From: Candidatus Subterrananammoxibius californiae
Lineage (GTDB): Bacteria; Planctomycetota; Brocadiia; Brocadiales; Subterrananammoxibiaceae
Direction: 5' to 3'
Assembly (NCBI GenBank): GCA_030586555.1
Contig: JAURAC010000011.1
Coordinates: forward strand, 1 to 64,000
Length of the DNA stretch: 64,000 bases
This document shows, one piece after another, positions 58,252 through 64,000 of this stretch (position 1 is the first letter of the stretch; every line of letters begins with the position of its first letter). Both the position numbers and the translations under genes were made by a program. The notes beneath the pieces were generated by a model. That model made no database searches. It was given only the letters and a program-made list of their open reading frames with translations, and was not told the DNA's origin.

Positions 58252-58716
58252 ATGATAAAAATCGAGAAGATACTTTTCCCAACTGACTTTTCTAATTGTG
58301 CCAGGCACGCATTGGGATACGCCCTTGAATTTGCTGAGCAATATAAGGCAAAATTGTTTATCATACACGTCGTGCCTAATGTCTATCTTCCAACAAATAT
58401 GACAGGCTTATCTGTTCCGCTTTCCAAGCTTTACGGCGAAATGGAGCGCAATGCTAAGGAAAGGATAAAGAAGCTCGTCCCTAAAAGGTTTCTTGAAAAA
58501 ATAGAGATTGAGAACATTGTTGTACGAGGCACCCCTTTTCTTGAGATTATTAAAAAGGCAAAGGAGCATGAGGTTGACCTTATAGTTATATCTACCCATG
58601 GTTGGACGGGTCTGAAACAGGCTATATTTGGCAGCACAGCAGAGAAGGTTGTTCGGAAGTCCCCATGTCCTGTTTTAACGGTGCGCTATCCGGAACACGA
58701 ATTCGTTATGCCGTAA
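58252..58716 (+). CDS. Universal stress protein
   Basis: ILFPTDFS and STHGWTG....FGSTAEKVVR motifs; tandem paralogue. Confidence 0.92.
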   Translation: MIKIEKILFPTDFSNCARHALGYALEFAEQYKAKLFIIHVVPNVYLPTNMTGLSVPLSKLYGEMERNAKERIKKLVPKRFLEKIEIENIVVRGTPFLEIIKKAKEHEVDLIVISTHGWTGLKQAIFGSTAEKVVRKSPCPVLTVRYPEHEFVMP

Positions 58717-58761
58717 GACGCAATCCAGAATTATAGTAATAAAGGTAATGCATAATAAACC

Positions 58762-59502
58762 GTGCAGAGATTAATTGGCATTGTTAGTTTTCTTTTCCTT
58801 ATGTTAGACATTAAGTTGATGACCATGCTAAATTTATTTTTCTTTTATCCCTTTACCTCTAATTTTATGGTTCCACCTGTGCAGGATATTATACCCATCG
58901 CCACTTTTACCGATGAAGAAGTTGCAAAAGGTGAACCCATAGGTTGGAAGAGCCATAAGGGTATCTGCCGGAAGATAAATAATAGGATTATGCCTAAAGT
59001 AGTTGAATTAGAGGGTAAAAGGGTGCTCTATGTTAATGCTAACGATAATGGTACAATCCTCTTTAAACCTGTGCACGCTGACCCTAAGGAATTTCAGTTC
59101 CTAAGTTGGAAATGGAAGGTGTCTAACATCCTCCCAAGTAGCAGGGAAAAAGAAGAGGGTAAGGACGATTATCCTGCCATAGTTTGTGTAGTCTATGGTA
59201 AGACCTTTCTTTCAATACCATACAGTTACAAAATACTGATTTACGCCTACGGAAATAACTTGCCAGTAGGGGAACGATTTGAAAGCCCATGTGAAAGCAG
59301 GGCAAGAATAATAATAGTCCAGAGCGGGGAAAAAGATACGGGGAAGTGGCTTACCTATAAGGTAAACCATTACAAGGATTATATCAAGGAGTTCGGGCAG
59401 GAGCCTCCTGAAATCATATATGTAGGCGTACAAACCAATGCAGACCGTACCCATGGAAATGTAGAGGCATGGTATTCAGATATTATCCTGAGTTTACGCT
59501 AA
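58762..59502 (+). CDS. DUF3047 family protein
   Basis: LSWKWKV, DDYPA, W......DY...FG.EP, TNAD.T...AWYSDI; start uncertain. Confidence 0.75.
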   Translation: MQRLIGIVSFLFLMLDIKLMTMLNLFFFYPFTSNFMVPPVQDIIPIATFTDEEVAKGEPIGWKSHKGICRKINNRIMPKVVELEGKRVLYVNANDNGTILFKPVHADPKEFQFLSWKWKVSNILPSSREKEEGKDDYPAIVCVVYGKTFLSIPYSYKILIYAYGNNLPVGERFESPCESRARIIIVQSGEKDTGKWLTYKVNHYKDYIKEFGQEPPEIIYVGVQTNADRTHGNVEAWYSDIILSLR

Positions 59503-59536
59503 AAATAACGGCTCGCCTTTTAACACCCCATAAACC

Positions 59537-61066
59537 ATGAAAGAAATAATTGTTGACGGAAATAGTCTAACGTTGGAACAGGTGATAGCCGTTGCGAGAG
59601 GAAAGGCTGCCGTTTCGCTTTCAAAAGAGGCAGAACTGCGGGTAGAAAAGGCACGTGAGGTTGTACTACGGGCTGTCGAAGAAAAAAAGGTTGTATACGG
59701 TATTACCACCGGTTTTGGCGCCTTAAGCGGCGTACCTATATCGAAAGAGCAAGCAAGGCAACTACAAATAAATATCCTGTTGAGCCACGCCGCTGGCGTG
59801 GGGAACGCCTTTGATGAGGAGACTGTGCGGGCAATAATGCTCCTCAGGATTAACAGTCTTGCAAAGGGCTATTCAGGCATAAGGTTAAGAACGTTAAAAA
59901 CCTTCCTGGAAATGTTAAACAAGGGGGTGCACCCAGTCATTCCTGAGAAGGGTTCTGTAGGCGCAAGCGGCGACCTCGCCCCGCTTGCCCATCTGGCGCT
60001 GGTTATGATAGGAGAAGGCAAGGCATTCTTCCGGGATGAATTACTGGATGGCAAGGAGGCAATATCATGCGCAAATATTGCACCCGTGCAGCTTGAGGAA
60101 GGCGAGGGACTTGCACTGATTAATGGCACTCAGGTCATGACAGCTATAGGGGCGCTGACGGTCTATGACTCAATTAATTTGCTGAAGACGGCAGATATTG
60201 CCGCAGGGATGAGCCTTGAAGTGCTCATGGGTTCAAACATTGAGCTGAATCCACGGATTCATGAGGTGAGACCTCATAAGGGACAGGCAATCTGCGCGGA
60301 AAATATCAGGAGGATTACAAAGGATAGCGCAATAATATCCTCACATAAGGACTGCTCAAGGGTTCAGGATGCGTATACAATAAGATGCTGCCCACAGGTG
60401 CAGGGGGCATCTAAGGATGCTCTTGATTACGCAAGGCGTGTTATTGAAACAGAAATGAACTCGGCTACTGATAATCCCCTTGTATTTCCAGAGCTTGACC
60501 TTATCCTCACAGGTGGAAATTTTCACGGGCAGCCTGTTGCTCTGGCGCTGGACTTCCTTTGTATGGCGCTATCCGAAATCGGGAATATTTCTGAAAGGAG
60601 GACAGAGAGGCTCGTCAACCCACAGTTGAGCGGACTACCAGCATTCCTTGTAAAAGACCCCGGGCTCAACTCTGGTTTTATGCTTGCTCAATACACGGCT
60701 GCAGCGCTTGTCTCTGAAAATAAGGTGTTGGCTCATCCGGCATGTGTGGACTCCATACCAACATCTGCCAACAAGGAAGACCATGTGAGCATGGGCACAA
60801 TATCTGCCCGAAAATGCAGGGAGATTATGAGACATGCAGAATATATTGTCTCTATTGAATTACTATGCGCTGCGCAAGCGCTCGACCTTTTTACAAACCT
60901 GAAACCCGGTCTCGGCACGCTGGAGGCATACAAGACAATTCGCAAGCATATTCCACATCTTGATAACGATAGGATTATCTCTAAGGATATTGAAACAATG
61001 CAATATCTCCTCCATAGCAGGACAATTTTATCCAGTGTTGAGGAAAAGATAGGCTTACTTCTTTGA
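59537..61066 (+). CDS. hutH: Histidine ammonia-lyase
   Basis: YGITTGFG, GSVGASGDLAPLAH (MIO), QDAY..RC and SANKEDHVSMG motifs. Confidence 0.92.
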   Translation: MKEIIVDGNSLTLEQVIAVARGKAAVSLSKEAELRVEKAREVVLRAVEEKKVVYGITTGFGALSGVPISKEQARQLQINILLSHAAGVGNAFDEETVRAIMLLRINSLAKGYSGIRLRTLKTFLEMLNKGVHPVIPEKGSVGASGDLAPLAHLALVMIGEGKAFFRDELLDGKEAISCANIAPVQLEEGEGLALINGTQVMTAIGALTVYDSINLLKTADIAAGMSLEVLMGSNIELNPRIHEVRPHKGQAICAENIRRITKDSAIISSHKDCSRVQDAYTIRCCPQVQGASKDALDYARRVIETEMNSATDNPLVFPELDLILTGGNFHGQPVALALDFLCMALSEIGNISERRTERLVNPQLSGLPAFLVKDPGLNSGFMLAQYTAAALVSENKVLAHPACVDSIPTSANKEDHVSMGTISARKCREIMRHAEYIVSIELLCAAQALDLFTNLKPGLGTLEAYKTIRKHIPHLDNDRIISKDIETMQYLLHSRTILSSVEEKIGLLL

Positions 61067-61174
61067 AAAGAAGTTTGCCTGAGGCGGACTGACTGGAAAT
61101 GGTTTGGTCTAAATGCCTGAAGTATCCTACGCTAAAGCTACGGAATACTAAAACCTGCTTAGGGGAAAATTTGA

Positions 61175-61203
61175 TTGACGAACACAGAACCTTATAGTAT
61201 ACT
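61175..61203 (+). promoter_or_regulatory. Putative sigma70 promoter of the TA operon
   Basis: TTGACG-17-TATACT; tactgatt/aatcagta inverted repeat just downstream. Confidence 0.6.
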
Positions 61204-61253
61204 GATTTGTAGAGATACGGTAAAACAGATAATCAGTACAAATGGAGGTTAAT

Positions 61254-61550
61254 ATGAAGAATAGAGCGGTTGTCTCTGAAAGAGGCACAATTACTATACC
61301 AGAGGCAATAAGAAAGTTGTCTCATATACAGCCCGGAGATTTAATCGAATTTAAGCCTGAAAACGATAAGATTATATTAAAGCGCCTTATTGTAAAACGT
61401 CCCGATGAAGATGCTTTTATGAGCAATAACGAGTGGAATAAGTTTGATAAATTAGTGCAAAAACAATTAAAAAAAGGTGAATACAGGAGTTATACCGATT
61501 TGGACAAAGCAAGGGGACATTCCCGTAACTTGATGCGTAGAAAACAATAA
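61254..61550 (+). CDS. AbrB/MazE-family antitoxin
   Basis: SERGTITIPEAIR....I.PGD motif. Confidence 0.85.
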   Translation: MKNRAVVSERGTITIPEAIRKLSHIQPGDLIEFKPENDKIILKRLIVKRPDEDAFMSNNEWNKFDKLVQKQLKKGEYRSYTDLDKARGHSRNLMRRKQ

Positions 61551-61559
61551 TATTTAACC

Positions 61560-61835
61560 GTGATTATACATTATCTAAAATCTTATGACCGCTCCTTTAA
61601 AAGATTAGATAAGCCAATTCAAGAAAAGACCATATCAGCTATTGATAGTTTATTAGAATTCATTCAAACCCATCAAAAGCCAAAAGGTTTGGGACTAAAG
61701 AAGGTTTATAAAAGCTATTGGGAAATAAGGATAGATATCAAAAATAGGATATTATTTGAATTAAGCGGTAATATAATAAACATTGCATTTGTTGGCGACC
61801 ATGATGCGGTAAGGGCATTCCTGAAAGGCACTTGA
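61560..61835 (+). CDS. RelE-like toxin
   Basis: GLGLKK....WEIRID...RILF....FVGDHD pattern. Confidence 0.75.
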   Translation: MIIHYLKSYDRSFKRLDKPIQEKTISAIDSLLEFIQTHQKPKGLGLKKVYKSYWEIRIDIKNRILFELSGNIINIAFVGDHDAVRAFLKGT

Positions 61836-61981
61836 TTAAGTTGCCTGTTCCGCCGGTTCAATCTTGGCCAGCCGAGGTGGAGAAGAATCTCATTAGGATT
61901 GTTCGCCACGGCAAATCTGCCTTAGGCACGACTTCTGCTACGCCTCGTAGTGACAACCTTTTTAATTTTCTATTTGGTTTT

Positions 61982-62971
61982 TCAAAAAGGTAATCGCCAT
62001 AATAGACGATGAAACCAGTGGCTTCTTGGACGCATCTTTATATATTGCTTCATTTCATCCGCCTGAGGCGAACTGTTAATATAAGCAATGAAGAACCTTA
62101 GTTTGTCTGTCTTGCTTGGCATTAAGGATTCGTGACCCCCTCTCCCTAACCCTCCCCCTCGAGGGGGAAGGAAAGGGCGGGGGTGGATTTCCTTTAACTT
62201 TTCAACAGACCTATCAAGACGACTTAAATTTCGCATCCTCAGCTTTGTACTCATCAAATCCATTGTTTTAGCTTTATCCATATCAATAATGTATGCTTTA
62301 AATTTACACACCCCTCTTTCCCCCGACCCAAGCACTGCTTGGGTGCCCCGAAGAGGGGATGGGGGCGTGTCACCTGAGGTGGATTGAATCAGGATATTCT
62401 TCAGGTGTAAATCAGTATGATATAGCCCTGCATCGTGCATCTTTCTGATGGTTTGTGCAATGGTCTCTATGATTTTTTTCCTTTCAGGATGTAGGGGCGT
62501 ATTGCAATACGCCCCTACGAACCGTTGAAGAGGATTAGTCAGGAATTCAACAAGGTCTAAACTATCAGGAATCTCCTTTGAAAGTACATCGTACCGGTAA
62601 AATGTGCCAAAAATCTTGTGCTTTATTACTGCTATAACCTCGGCGGTATTTACGCCTCTTTCAATTGCAGTTTCAGTTGCAATTAATTCATTCATGAAGC
62701 GGTTTCTTTTACAGTACATATCACCTGCAATATATCCAAATAACCCTCCATGCCTCGAATGCTTGATTATTATCCTTTCGTCAGCCAGTTCCGGAATATG
62801 AATTACGGCGTGCGGTTCCCTGCCAGAACGAATACTGCCCTTCTCTAATGCCTCTTTGCGCAAGGAATCTATATCAAGATTTAGCAAAATATCCTTGTAG
62901 TTGTTTTTTACGTAAAAGGTAGTTTCCCCTTGCTTGATAGTAGAGAAAGAGGCTAACAAATTCTCTGGCAT
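61982..62971 (-). CDS. Kdo/WaaP (InaA)-family lipopolysaccharide kinase
   Basis: RHGG, MHDAGLYHTDLHLKNIL, IIDMDK and NLSRLDRS motifs. Confidence 0.8.
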   Translation of the reverse strand: MPENLLASFSTIKQGETTFYVKNNYKDILLNLDIDSLRKEALEKGSIRSGREPHAVIHIPELADERIIIKHSRHGGLFGYIAGDMYCKRNRFMNELIATETAIERGVNTAEVIAVIKHKIFGTFYRYDVLSKEIPDSLDLVEFLTNPLQRFVGAYCNTPLHPERKKIIETIAQTIRKMHDAGLYHTDLHLKNILIQSTSGDTPPSPLRGTQAVLGSGERGVCKFKAYIIDMDKAKTMDLMSTKLRMRNLSRLDRSVEKLKEIHPRPFLPPRGGGLGRGGHESLMPSKTDKLRFFIAYINSSPQADEMKQYIKMRPRSHWFHRLLWRLPF

Positions 62972-63044
62972 AGAAGGATTATAAGGTGGGAACTAAGGAA
63001 TGTCAATGCAGTTGTAGGGGTAGGGTTACCCTGTCCCTACAACT

Positions 63045-64000
63045 TTATTCGCACTGGAAGTTCGTATCGTTTACCTTCTCGCCGCTACTAAGAACTATAG
63101 TTTTTGTGTCTCCGCCTGGACAACCCCTCACCCATATTTCATACGTTCCATACGGAAGATTAACGAAACGATAACAGCCATTACCTTCTGTTTTAGTCCC
63201 CTTGCTTATCTTCGGTCTTATCGGGGATGTTCTTTTTAATTTTACTACCTTTTCTATAAGAGGCTGATTTTCAAGATTAGTTACAGTGCCAGATATACAG
63301 CCATTAAGACTATTAGCACGACACTGGCATACAAAGGTCGTAGTGGAAGTAGACGTGGTCGTTACTGTAGTTGTTGTAGTAGTTGAAGAAGTTGTCATAG
63401 TTGAGTTAGAGCTACTATATTCGTAAGCGCCGATGTCTGGTTGCACATCACGTGCAAAACCTTGCAGGTCATCATTTGGGGCGTCAGTAGAACTACCAGT
63501 ATCAATGGCTGGGCTGCCCGATTGCAGGTGATAATCCCCGTTCTCTCCCCATGCCGGTGCTATGAATAAGAGGTCACCGTACAGATTGCCTTCTCCGAGG
63601 GTCCCAATGTTATTCTGGGTGTAAATGTTATCTCCGTGGATGAGCACGATGTCGTTGTCAGGAAGGTAAAACAGGTTGTGGTCGGCAGTAAGCTGTACAT
63701 TATCCCTAATCCAGATTGGGGAATTGGTTCCCATACCGCAGAAGATTGAGTTGCGAATGGTGAGATTAATTGGAACTGGCAGGTCATACTGTACATAAGC
63801 AAGGTAGTTATTGCCGAGAAAGTCATCCACAGTAACATTGATGAGTGAAAAGCTGTCATTAGCCTGATTGCTATCAATGACCACTGCCGCCCAGGGGGTT
63901 GTTGTCGGATTGCCATCCCCTCTGCCGTAAATGAGGGTGTTCTCCACGAGTGAGCCGCCGCCCCAGAGCTTGACGCCATCGCAGGAATTATTTGCCACGA
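63045..64000 (-). CDS. Secreted beta-helix protein with Thr-rich linker and carboxypeptidase-regulatory-like domain (5' truncated)
   Basis: DYHLQSGSPAIDTG...PDIGAYE, poly-Thr, ISGTV...GCYRF..L..GTYE. Confidence 0.7.
   Translation of the reverse strand, partial: VANNSCDGVKLWGGGSLVENTLIYGRGDGNPTTTPWAAVVIDSNQANDSFSLINVTVDDFLGNNYLAYVQYDLPVPINLTIRNSIFCGMGTNSPIWIRDNVQLTADHNLFYLPDNDIVLIHGDNIYTQNNIGTLGEGNLYGDLLFIAPAWGENGDYHLQSGSPAIDTGSSTDAPNDDLQGFARDVQPDIGAYEYSSSNSTMTTSSTTTTTTVTTTSTSTTTFVCQCRANSLNGCISGTVTNLENQPLIEKVVKLKRTSPIRPKISKGTKTEGNGCYRFVNLPYGTYEIWVRGCPGGDTKTIVLSSGEKVNDTNFQCE

Overview
Bacterial chromosomal window. The gene content (IspH-UbiA fusion, EF-G2, split rnf genes, flagellar export genes) suggests an anaerobic Planctomycetota/Ca. 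Brocadiia-like organism; this is inference only. Housekeeping blocks (his, clpX, flh/fli, nifS, degP, rnfCDG, fbp, hutH) surround a ~19 kb accessory island (~14.3-33.7 kb) bracketed by a ~215-235 bp imperfect direct repeat, each copy adjoining a different toxin-antitoxin pair. The island is a large RiPP biosynthetic system: a SynChlorMet-type cassette (PqqD/RRE ScmD, two ScmE, ScmF, kinase-like ScmC), a fourth radical SAM enzyme, an HTH-sulfotransferase, a soluble S24/S26 peptidase, an ABC exporter, a nucleotidyltransferase and a GT39-like glycosyltransferase. It also has TEN paralogous small precursor genes with a conserved Lys-rich YExPxL leader and hypervariable cores built from repeated CxxG(N/S) units; one of them is absent from the ORF track. 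The window carries five TA modules and many short palindromic or heptamer repeats, several translated in frame inside proteins. No rRNA, tRNA, CRISPR array or integrase was recognised.
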